A DNA stretch of 64,000 nucleotides from an uncultured Gemmatimonas sp. GTDB lineage: Bacteria; Gemmatimonadota; Gemmatimonadetes; Gemmatimonadales; GWC2-71-9. The translations under genes were made by a program, and so were the position numbers. The stretch covers positions 29,101-93,100 of the forward strand of contig CAZUES010000015.1 in NCBI GenBank assembly GCA_964619465.1. The letters run 5' to 3'. Shown here piece by piece: positions 16,113 through 24,265 of this stretch (the first letter of the stretch is position 1; each line of letters starts with the position of its first letter). The notes under the pieces are model-generated. The model made no database searches. It was not told the origin of the DNA and saw only the letters and a program-made list of their open reading frames with translations.

Positions 16113-17035
16113 CGCTGCGGAGCCAGCTTGCCCAGGAAGCGGAACGGCTTGGCTTTGTCGCCTGCGGCGTGACCACGCTCGATCCCAACGAGCATGGCCA
16201 TGTCCTCGATGCCTGGCTGGCTAAGGGGTACGGCGGGACGATGCGCTATCTCAACCGCCAGGCCAAGAAGCGCAAGCGGCCGGCGGACATCGTGCCAGGT
16301 GCGGTGCGAGCCGTCGTCGTGCTGGAGAACTATTTCCTGGAGGATCCGCCGCGACAGGGGAAGCAGGTGCGGATTGCTCGCTATGCCCGAGGGCGTGACT
16401 ATCATCGGCATTTTCGGGCCCGGATTGATCGACTCGGCGAATGGCTCACTGCGCAGGGAGCGTCAATCGCCCATTCATACGCCGACAGTGGTCCGGTCCC
16501 CGAGCGTGAACTCGCGGTTCGCGCCGGACTCGGCTGGATCGGCAAGAACTCGATGCTGGTCAGGCCGGGCGTCGGTTCGTTTTTCTTCATCGGGTCGTTG
16601 CTGACAGATCTTCCGCTCGAGCCGGACGCGCCGTTTGCCACCGATCACTGCGGCAGTTGTACCCGATGTCTCGATGCTTGCCCCACCGATGCCTTCGTCG
16701 AACCTGGCGTGCTCGACGCCAACCGGTGCATTGCCTATCTGACCATCGAGTACAAAGCCGAGGTGCCGGAACCGCTGGTAGACCATCTGGCGGGATGGGC
16801 CTTCGGCTGCGATGTCTGCAACGAGGTCTGCCCCTGGAACGTCAGGTTCGCAACCCCAACCGACGACTCGGCCTATCGTGATCGCGGCGTGATCGCAACC
16901 GATGATCCGCAGTTCTTCGAGCAGATGGATGAAGAAGAATTCGCCGCCCGGTTCGGCGATACCCCGCTCGAGCGCCCCGGCTTGGTCCGGATGCGCCGCA
17001 ATTTTGCCAACGCCTTTCGTTCGATATCCTCATGA
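16109..17035 (+). CDS. queG: Epoxyqueuosine reductase (tRNA queuosine biosynthesis)
   Basis: ORF 15941..17035, trimmed to the GTG at 16109, which overlaps the ndh stop (GTGA). QueG-like sequence includes YARGRDYH, GLGWIGKNSMLV, and the ferredoxin motifs CGSCTRCLDACPT and CDVCNEVCPWN. Confidence 0.88.
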   Translation: MTLRSQLAQEAERLGFVACGVTTLDPNEHGHVLDAWLAKGYGGTMRYLNRQAKKRKRPADIVPGAVRAVVVLENYFLEDPPRQGKQVRIARYARGRDYHRHFRARIDRLGEWLTAQGASIAHSYADSGPVPERELAVRAGLGWIGKNSMLVRPGVGSFFFIGSLLTDLPLEPDAPFATDHCGSCTRCLDACPTDAFVEPGVLDANRCIAYLTIEYKAEVPEPLVDHLAGWAFGCDVCNEVCPWNVRFATPTDDSAYRDRGVIATDDPQFFEQMDEEEFAARFGDTPLERPGLVRMRRNFANAFRSISS

Positions 17036-17409
17036 TTCAGCGCATGCATTCGATCGCGGTCTTCGTCAACGACCTGGAGCCCGCCCTGGTTTTTTATCGC
17101 GATGTTCTCAAGCTGCCGGTGCACAAGGCCGGGTCGTTCGGGGCGGAGTTCCTCGAGTTCCCGCCGCACCTGAGCGTGCATCCAGCCAATCACCCTGACG
17201 CCAAAAAGCTGGTCGGGCGGCACACCGGCCTCACGCTCGAAGTGGAGGGCCTGCTGCACTTCTGCGGCGATCTGCACGCTAAGGGGGTCAAGTTCTTGTC
17301 CGAGCCGACCCAGATGGCGTGGGGGATCATGGCCATGGTGGCCGATCCGGAAGGGAACGTCTTCGCGCTGTGGGAGAACAAGTTGCCGGAGGAGCAGGAG
17401 CCCGGCTGA
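17032..17409 (+). CDS. VOC/glyoxalase family protein
   Basis: 125 aa with a VOC-fold pattern (IAVFVNDLEPALVFYRDVLKL ... GIMAMVADPEGNVFALWE). Its ATG overlaps the queG stop (ATGA). Confidence 0.8.
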   Translation: MIQRMHSIAVFVNDLEPALVFYRDVLKLPVHKAGSFGAEFLEFPPHLSVHPANHPDAKKLVGRHTGLTLEVEGLLHFCGDLHAKGVKFLSEPTQMAWGIMAMVADPEGNVFALWENKLPEEQEPG

Positions 17410-17434
17410 GCGGACCAGGCGGGGGATAAAAAAG

Positions 17435-17454
17435 GGGCGCGGCGAACCGCGCCC
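17435..17454. terminator. Bidirectional rho-independent terminator
   Basis: GGGCGCGG-CGAA-CCGCGCCC forms an 8-bp GC stem. It is flanked by AAAAAA upstream and TCTTTT downstream, between the convergent genes ending at 17409 (+) and 17480 (-). Confidence 0.8.
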
Positions 17455-17479
17455 TCTTTTGCGTTAGGGGTCAGCCGCG

Positions 17480-18589
17480 TCAGGGAACCAGGGCGCGCTG
17501 TTGGATCGGAACACCGAGTGCAGCGTGCACCAGCTGGCGCATCAGCTCACCGCTTCGGGCGCTTCCCGAATTGGAAATCACGGTTACCGACAGCTCCGCA
17601 CTCGGGATCCAGATGTTGGCTGTGATGAAGCCCGGAATCCCGCCGCCATGCGAAATGGCCTGCCGTCCCGCCATCGAGTCAACCTGCAGCCCAAACCCGT
17701 ATCCGCGGTTCCCTCCGCGACTGGCGGCGCCTTCGGGCGACGTCATCAGCCGGTACGACTCCGCCGACACGACTTTGCCGGTGTGCAACGCCTGATTCCA
17801 GCGCACCAGATCGCCGGCCGTAGAGCACATCGCGCCTGCCGCATGGGGCTGCGACATCGACAGGAAGGGCGAGTTGACCCAGGCGCTGTCCTTCTTCTCG
17901 TATCCGTGGCCCCGGTTCGGAATGATCGTTTCGGTCAGACAGTTCCGCGTATCCGAAAGACCGAGCGGCTTGGAGAAACGCTCCTCGAGATCCTCACCCC
18001 ATGATCGACCGGTCACCTTTTCGATCAGCATGCCCAGAATGACGTAGCCGCTGTTGTTGTAGGCGTACTTGCTGCCGATCGGGAAGTCGAGCGGTTTGCC
18101 CGCGCTCAAGGCCACGATGGTATCCGTCGACATCTCCTCACCCCAGCGGGACCGCCACGCCGGGCCCAGCGCGGTGTAACTGGGGATGCCCGACGTGTGG
18201 TTGAGCAGTTGCCGAACCTTGACTGGTTCCCAGGTATCCGGCAGAGAAGGGAGGTATTTCCCGATCGGGTCGTCCAGATTGACCTTGCCCTGTTCGACCA
18301 GCTGCATCACGGCGGCAGCGGTGAACTGCTTGGTGACGGAGCCGATCCGATAGACCGATTTGGCGTTGGCAGGCCGCTGATTCTCGAGGTCTGCCATGCC
18401 GTAGCCACCCAGGAGTAGGGTGTCCTTGCCGCGGACCACGGAGACCACGACACTCGGCGCTCCGCCGCTGGTCACGAATGCCTTGGATAGCGAGTCTGCC
18501 AGCCGCTGGACGTCGGCGGGTGCGGGAAGTGCCTGGGCTCCCGCACTGGCGGCAACGCCCAGGGTCAGACAAAGGGTAAGACGAAACAT
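17480..18589 (-). CDS. Serine hydrolase, beta-lactamase (class C)/PBP family
   Basis: ORF 17480..18664, trimmed to MFRLTLCLTLGVAASAGAQA (signal peptide). The SxxK motif is GSVTKQF and the YxN motif is YNNSGY. Confidence 0.85.
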   Translation of the reverse strand: MFRLTLCLTLGVAASAGAQALPAPADVQRLADSLSKAFVTSGGAPSVVVSVVRGKDTLLLGGYGMADLENQRPANAKSVYRIGSVTKQFTAAAVMQLVEQGKVNLDDPIGKYLPSLPDTWEPVKVRQLLNHTSGIPSYTALGPAWRSRWGEEMSTDTIVALSAGKPLDFPIGSKYAYNNSGYVILGMLIEKVTGRSWGEDLEERFSKPLGLSDTRNCLTETIIPNRGHGYEKKDSAWVNSPFLSMSQPHAAGAMCSTAGDLVRWNQALHTGKVVSAESYRLMTSPEGAASRGGNRGYGFGLQVDSMAGRQAISHGGGIPGFITANIWIPSAELSVTVISNSGSARSGELMRQLVHAALGVPIQQRALVP

Positions 18590-18626
18590 CGGCGCGCGCT
18601 CCTGGGAAGAGAGGGACTGCGGCGAC

Positions 18627-19115
18627 CTAACGGAGGTCGCCGCCGCCTGGTTTGATCGACTCATGCACTGCTACAATCTTCCAGCGCCCGTCCTCGGGCG
18701 CCAGTACCTCGGTCCGCGCCACCACTTCCCGCCATGCCTGCCCCGAGGTATCCGCCTTTTCGCAGTCGAGCACCGCCGTAACCACTGCCGCGGTCCGGCT
18801 CAGCACGTCGACCCGAAAGGGCTCCGGCCAGTGACATTCGACTTTGGTGTAGGTCGCATAGCGGGGAGGCGCGCCGCGAAGGATCGCCGGCCAGTCGCCG
18901 ATTTCGCCGTTGCCGACGTAGGCTGTTTCTGCACCATAGTATGCTAGCACCGAGTCGACGTTGCGGGTCCGCATGGCCTCGATCATGGCGTTGGAGACGG
19001 CGCGAACCGTGTCCGCGATGGCGGCGCGGGTGGTGGGGTCGAGCGGAGCAGGGCTTGGCTCGGGACGGCAGCTGGCCAGCACGAAGCCGGCGGCTAGACA
19101 CAGTGGGATTCTCAT
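18627..19115 (-). CDS. NTF2/SnoaL-like (DUF4440-like) lipoprotein
   Basis: Lipobox signal MRIPLCLAAGFVLASC. It is about 160 aa with an NTF2-like pattern (VLAYYGAETAYVGNGE...RWKIVAVHES). Confidence 0.65.
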   Translation of the reverse strand: MRIPLCLAAGFVLASCRPEPSPAPLDPTTRAAIADTVRAVSNAMIEAMRTRNVDSVLAYYGAETAYVGNGEIGDWPAILRGAPPRYATYTKVECHWPEPFRVDVLSRTAAVVTAVLDCEKADTSGQAWREVVARTEVLAPEDGRWKIVAVHESIKPGGGDLR

Positions 19116-19280
19116 GAGGGAGACGATACCTCCCGATCGGGACCGAGCGATAGTCTCCCGATGCAGGCCCCTGAGATGGGCAACCAGATCAAGCGTGATG
19201 AGCGTGCGGACGACGAGCCGCTGCTGCTGACGCGGGAGGGTTCGAGCCGGAACTGCTCCGCTCCGGCTCGACGCCGCTCT

Positions 19281-22200
19281 CTAGGGCCTACGGGGGTGCT
19301 CCACGTACAGGTTCGCCGTAGCCGGTGGTGCGGCATAGAGGTACGAGATACCCGACCCATGCACCGCTGCCTGCGTAGAGGCGTGGAGCCCGAGACCGGA
19401 GGTGATCGCCGCGTCCCAGTCGCCGACGAAGGCCCACCAGTTGGTCATCCAGCGGGAGCCGTGAGGAATCCGATTGTCGCGTCCCGGGAAGTTCTGGAAC
19501 CAGTAAGTGTACCATTGCGTTTCGACGCGCTGACTGAAATCCGCTAGCCCCGGCCATGGATACACGAGATTGCCCCATGTGCTCACATTGACCGGCTTCT
19601 TTTGCCCTGCGTTGTCGGGCCGCCAGTCCTCGATGTCCGACGGTCTCAATGCCGAGTTCAGATAGTCGTAGTTTCCGGTTGTGTTCGGCGGCATGTGCGT
19701 CCAGCCAGCGCGTCCCGTGATGAATTGACCTGCCACATCTTGACCGACGAAGTCGCGCCAGAACAGCTGGACGTTCCCGTCCTGGCGTTGTGCCGCGTAC
19801 GACATCATTGCCTCGAGCTGATGTCCGACGTTGTGTACGGCTTCTGCTTGTGAACGTCGGTAATTGATTCCGTAGACGATATACGTGTGGGGGAGGATCG
19901 GAAGATCACCCGGGTCGCGGAAGCTGTTCGAGATATCGCCTGTCGTGGGGCTAGCCATGTCTGATTCGAAGTAAAAGCGGAAATCCTCCTCCCGATGTAT
20001 GGCCGGATTGTAGGATGGAAAGAACGCGTCGAAAGGACTGGCGGCGAACCAGATCTGCTTCACGTGCCGATTGCGGATGAGCGAGTCGAGCTGCCAGTCA
20101 GCGAATACTTGGAACCAATCCGGTAAACGCGGATCTCCGTAGTCGGCCCGAAATCTAGTAGGACTGGGCGCGACAAGTTCGTACACCACCATATGCTCAA
20201 CGATTCGAAAGCCCAAGCTTGGCATTGCGGCAGGATCTTTATAGCCGCGGAAGCGACTTCCCTCTTCAAGGCTCATCTTCTTGCGTTTGGCATAGTCGAG
20301 GACTCGCTGCTCCACCAAGTCGAGAGTCATCGGATCTGCCGCATAGAAGCCCGGATTTTTCAGGGTATCGACCGTGGTACCGTCTGCGGTCGGCAGGTAG
20401 GCTATCAAAACCACGGGCACTTCCCACAGCGCCCCGGCAGCCGGAGTCGCGAGATAGGGGTCGATTGCGATCCGGCGCATTCGAACGACTTCCGCAGTCC
20501 AACGTGTCGTGGCCGCTCCGAGGGTGGCGCTGATTTCGGTGCGCCCGATCGCCAGCGTGTGTATTGCTCCCGTGCTGTCGACTGTCGCAATGTCCGGATG
20601 GCTGCTTGCCCACCGTGCCCCAGCCGCTGGAAACTGGCGGCCCAACTGATCTCGGCCGATGAGGCGAAGCGGGAAACGCACATTCAAGCCGCGCACCGTG
20701 TCCTGCATGCCCGCCGGACGGAGAATGCTGAGCGAGGACACAGATCCCGACCGGATCGGCCCGCGGAGATAGAACTGTTGGATCTCGGCCGGGGCATAGA
20801 CTCGGTCGTGCAGTCGCACCTCGTCGTACGATGCATTGGCCGTCTCATCGTTGTAGTGAGAGCGACCGAGCCAGAAATTATCGTCGACGAGATCGCGCAA
20901 TCGATAGGGCGTCTCGAACGTTCCACGCAGGATGCCGTCTAGGTAGAACGTCAGTCGGGTTTGTCCCCCACCTCCACCTCCTTCGTCGATCGAGAGCACG
21001 ATGTGATGCTGGACGTCGATGCTGAACGGTGCCAGGACGCGGTCGAGGCGGTGCTCCACACCGTTCACGGTGAAGGCGGCGCGATCGGTCAACGGGCTCG
21101 TCGCTTGAGACCACGCGAGGAAGATATTATTTCCGGGCGATGCTCCGACGTCTAAGATGCGGCTCCAGGATTTGAGGGAGTGGAGCGTTGCCCATACCTC
21201 GATCGTGGCATCCGTTTTGTGACGCAGGATCCGAGCAGGAAGGGCCACGTAGTCGGCCTGGGCGCGTGCGCCGCCGGTCAGCGTCACTTGACCCGCGACC
21301 GCCGAGCCCGCGAGCGTCCCAACGCGGACCAGCGTTGCCTGCGCACCGCCCACGTCGTCGCGAAAGATCGTGCCTGGCCCGCCTTCTTCCGAAAACGTCC
21401 AGCGGTGGAGCAACCCGCGGACGGGGAGATGCAGGGTATCCGCGAGACCACCGCCCGTAACCCGAAGGCGCGCCACGCCCGGCTTGAGCGCCCGGACGAG
21501 CCCCGAGGCATCGACGGTCGCGATGTGCGCCGAGTCGCTCATCCAGGTCACGGGAACGCCACCGACCGTCTGTCCCGCCGCATCCTTGAGAATGGCGGAC
21601 AGCTGGACAGATTCGCCTTCGTATCCTTCGGGTGCACTGGCGGATATTTCCAGTGATGCAACGGCGCTGACCGATACTTCCGCAGTGGCGCTGGCCGACC
21701 CGGCAGCCGCGGTAATGGTCGCTGTGCCGAATCCGACGGCCGTCACGACGCCGCTTGAGGACACGGTGGCAACGGTCGGCGCCGAGGTTATCCATGTGAC
21801 GGGAACGTCATCGATCTGGTTGTCGGCCGCATCCCGAACGACGGCGGTCAACGGTGCCGTGGCGCCAACGGATGCAAGCCGGATCGAGTCGGGTGACAGA
21901 ATGATCGTTGCCACTGTCTGTTCCACCGTCACCGGGACCGTTCCGCTTGCGGAGCCTGCGGTTGCGGTGATCGTCGCCGTGCCGTTGCCGACTGCGGTGA
22001 TGATACCATCCGTAGCAACTGTCGCGACCTCGGCCGCCGAGCTTTCCCAGGTCCAGATCAAGGGGAGGTCTTCGATTGCCGCGCCGTTGGCGTCTCGGGC
22101 AATCGCGGTCACGGCTGCGGTGGCGCCGATCGCCGGGAGGTGAATCGTAGCAGGCGAAAGCTCGACCGCGGCCGCGCTCTGTCTCACCGTCACGGCAACC

Positions 22201-22538
22201 GTTCCGCTCACCGAGCCGGCGGTCGCGGTGATCGTCGCCGAACCGTTGCCGATCGCGGTGACCACGCCGCCGGACGATACCGCGGCAACCGCGGCAGCCG
22301 AGGTGGCCCACGTGATCGACGTGGCCATCGCCTGGCCCTGCTGGTCTCGCACGGTGGTGGTGACCAGGGCGGTGTCGCCGACGGCCGTCAGGGTGATCGC
22401 GGTGGCTGACATGTCGACGGCCGTCGGCGACGGAGCTGGTGGCGGAGGCGGAGGGGCCGGCGGCGGCGACGGGTCGCTGGCGCATCCGGACATCACCCAC
22501 AACGTCATCAGGATTGGAAGGCGGCCTTGGCGTCTCAT
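19281..22538 (-). CDS. Large surface lipoprotein: Pro-rich linker, 4 tandem Big_2 Ig-like domains, LamG-like domain, a fifth Big_2, then a roughly 400-aa uncharacterised C-terminal domain
   Basis: Signal/lipobox LWVMSGC. There are repeated modules of about 83 aa ending in VTA(V/I)GNG(T/S)ATITATAGS (aa 43-373 = nt 22412..21420). The LamG/Laminin_G_3-like segment covers aa 375-592 (HRWTFSE...LTFYLDGILRG...DEVRLHDRVY). In aa 687-1085 (nt 20480..19284) I can name no motif. Confidence 0.85.
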   Translation of the reverse strand: MRRQGRLPILMTLWVMSGCASDPSPPPAPPPPPPAPSPTAVDMSATAITLTAVGDTALVTTTVRDQQGQAMATSITWATSAAAVAAVSSGGVVTAIGNGSATITATAGSVSGTVAVTVRQSAAAVELSPATIHLPAIGATAAVTAIARDANGAAIEDLPLIWTWESSAAEVATVATDGIITAVGNGTATITATAGSASGTVPVTVEQTVATIILSPDSIRLASVGATAPLTAVVRDAADNQIDDVPVTWITSAPTVATVSSSGVVTAVGFGTATITAAAGSASATAEVSVSAVASLEISASAPEGYEGESVQLSAILKDAAGQTVGGVPVTWMSDSAHIATVDASGLVRALKPGVARLRVTGGGLADTLHLPVRGLLHRWTFSEEGGPGTIFRDDVGGAQATLVRVGTLAGSAVAGQVTLTGGARAQADYVALPARILRHKTDATIEVWATLHSLKSWSRILDVGASPGNNIFLAWSQATSPLTDRAAFTVNGVEHRLDRVLAPFSIDVQHHIVLSIDEGGGGGGQTRLTFYLDGILRGTFETPYRLRDLVDDNFWLGRSHYNDETANASYDEVRLHDRVYAPAEIQQFYLRGPIRSGSVSSLSILRPAGMQDTVRGLNVRFPLRLIGRDQLGRQFPAAGARWASSHPDIATVDSTGAIHTLAIGRTEISATLGAATTRWTAEVVRMRRIAIDPYLATPAAGALWEVPVVLIAYLPTADGTTVDTLKNPGFYAADPMTLDLVEQRVLDYAKRKKMSLEEGSRFRGYKDPAAMPSLGFRIVEHMVVYELVAPSPTRFRADYGDPRLPDWFQVFADWQLDSLIRNRHVKQIWFAASPFDAFFPSYNPAIHREEDFRFYFESDMASPTTGDISNSFRDPGDLPILPHTYIVYGINYRRSQAEAVHNVGHQLEAMMSYAAQRQDGNVQLFWRDFVGQDVAGQFITGRAGWTHMPPNTTGNYDYLNSALRPSDIEDWRPDNAGQKKPVNVSTWGNLVYPWPGLADFSQRVETQWYTYWFQNFPGRDNRIPHGSRWMTNWWAFVGDWDAAITSGLGLHASTQAAVHGSGISYLYAAPPATANLYVEHPRRP

Positions 22539-22668
22539 ATCGAGCTCTCGCGTGAGAACCGGCCTGTCCGGGCCGGGTATGGGATCGGCGTGATAACGGA
22601 ATCGAGAAAATCATGATGTGAGAGGAGAGGAGGCTAGGTGCAGTATGCACTATTGACAGCATCTGCGG

Positions 22669-23334
22669 TCAGGGATTGGAGTGCGCGTCCTGGACGTCCT
22701 CGCCATGACGATTCAACACCGAACCCGGGATCTTGCCGAGCGCCTGCGCCACCTCCTGTCGGCGGTGCACGCCGAGCTTGCGGAGTATCCGTTCGCAGTA
22801 GCGCCGAGCCGTATTCGGCTTGATCCGAAGGTCGGAGGCGATCTCGGCGTAGGTTAGTCGGTCGGCCATCAGGAGCGCGACCTGCGCCTCGCGTTTGGTG
22901 AAGCCATGCGCCTGGATCTCGTCCATCCGGACCTGCATCAGGCTGGCGATCATCTCGCCCCGGTTCCAGCGGTCGCAGCCCTGCACGATCTGGCCGCAGT
23001 CGAGCTCGAACATGCTGAGGCCCGTGAAGTCGACAGGACGGCGTGACGGAGGGATGCCCAGCCCGGGGCCCAAGTGCGTGCCACGCCCTCGCCAGCTGAC
23101 GATCGACCGGCTGCCTTCCGTGGTGATGAACAGCACCTCGGAGCGGATGTCGGGGACGGCGCTGAGAAATGCCCGTTGGTATTCCTTGAAGGCATCCCGG
23201 GTAAGCGGCTCGTCGATTCCCTCGACCTTGGTCAGGCAGGTCGGGGCCATCAACTCGTCGACCGTATCGCTGCGCTGCTGATTCCAGACCTCCTCGAACC
23301 ATCGCGTCAGGAGGGCTTTGGGATCGGAGCTCAT
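22669..23334 (-). CDS. SnoaL-like (ester-cyclase/NTF2) domain fused to a LuxR/GerE-type HTH
   Basis: The N-terminus, LLTRWFEEVWNQQRSDTVDELMAP...FKEYQRAFLSAVPDIRSEV, is typical of SnoaL-like polyketide cyclase folds. The C-terminus, FTKREAQVALLMADRLTYAEIASDLRIKPNTARRYCERILRKLGV, is a GerE/LuxR HTH. Confidence 0.75.
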   Translation of the reverse strand: MSSDPKALLTRWFEEVWNQQRSDTVDELMAPTCLTKVEGIDEPLTRDAFKEYQRAFLSAVPDIRSEVLFITTEGSRSIVSWRGRGTHLGPGLGIPPSRRPVDFTGLSMFELDCGQIVQGCDRWNRGEMIASLMQVRMDEIQAHGFTKREAQVALLMADRLTYAEIASDLRIKPNTARRYCERILRKLGVHRRQEVAQALGKIPGSVLNRHGEDVQDAHSNP

Positions 23335-23632
23335 CGATAATTTCCTTCAGTGAAAGCGTGCGGTGCGCACGACCCTACCGTTCGCTCGGGCCTCCGACCT
23401 TGCCTTACGATTGTCACGCTCACACCACGCCCCTCCCCCTGGTATCGCCTTATCACCGGTGGCGGATTACGCTTCCAGGGGGCAGAATTAGGTCTAGTCC
23501 CTCGTACTACCAAACGTGGCGCAAGTCCGGCTGAAACCACGACATTTCTGGCTGGCAGAACCCGGGTCGATAGACGGGGTGGTTGGAAGTGTCCTGGCTC
23601 GCTCCAGCCTTGCCGGGCTGGCCTCAGGCAGC

Positions 23633-23658
23633 GTAACCCGATTCAGGACAACTCGTTA
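23633..23658 (+). promoter_or_regulatory. Candidate ECF-type promoter (GTAACC-N15-CGTTA) upstream of the ECF sigma gene
   Basis: GTAACC lies at 23633..23638 and CGTTA at 23654..23658, giving AAC-N16-CGT spacing about 23 nt upstream of the GTG start at 23681. This is a motif match by eye only. Confidence 0.3.
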
Positions 23659-23680
23659 GCTGCATCGACGGAGTCGACTT

Positions 23681-24265
23681 GTGACGGAATGGCGCCTCCA
23701 GCCTCCCTTGCCACCCGGCGAGGTTACCCGGCTCCTGCGGAAGTTCCAGGCGGGCGATGCCGACGCGGCTTCACGCCTCGTGGACCTGATATATCCCGAA
23801 CTCAAAAGGGTGGCCCGGGCCCAGATTCGTCGTGAACGAGAGAGTCACGCCCTGCAGCCCACCGCGCTCGTGCACGAGGCGTATCTGCGCCTGGTCGGGC
23901 ACACGAAGCACACCTGGGAAAACCGCGCGCATTTCTTTGCTGCCGCAGCCAACACCATGCGTCGCATTCTGATCGAGGATGCGCGCTATCGGAGTGCGCA
24001 GAAGCGGAAGGGGGCCAGCACGTCGATTCCGCTGGATGACAACGTGACGCTGACCTACCAGCACCCGGAGGAACTGTTGGATCTGGACCAGGCCCTTACA
24101 GAGCTCGAGCAGCTTTCGTCTCGTCAGGCTCGTGTCGTCGAATTGCGGTACTTCGCCGGGCTCAGTGTGCCGCAGGTTGCGGTCGCGTTGGGCGTGAATC
24201 CGCGGTCGGTCGACAGGGACTGGGCTGCGGCGCGGGCCTGGCTGCGGATACGCTTGAGCGCATGA
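23681..24265 (+). CDS. ECF-family RNA polymerase sigma factor (TIGR02999-like, Ser/Thr-kinase-associated type)
   Basis: The N-terminal signature VTRLLRKFQAGDADAASRLVDLIYPELKRVARAQIRRERESHALQPTALVHEAYLRL is present. Region 4 reads LSSRQARVVELRYFAGLSVPQVAVALGVNPRSVDRDW. The start codon is GTG. Confidence 0.85.
   Translation: MTEWRLQPPLPPGEVTRLLRKFQAGDADAASRLVDLIYPELKRVARAQIRRERESHALQPTALVHEAYLRLVGHTKHTWENRAHFFAAAANTMRRILIEDARYRSAQKRKGASTSIPLDDNVTLTYQHPEELLDLDQALTELEQLSSRQARVVELRYFAGLSVPQVAVALGVNPRSVDRDWAAARAWLRIRLSA

Noticed and set aside
21420-22412. Repetitive DNA with a period of about 250 bp that might be mistaken for a repeat array.
   Set aside because: These are in-frame tandem Big_2 domain repeats of one ORF. 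The units are imperfect and there is no short-repeat/spacer organisation. It is not a CRISPR array.
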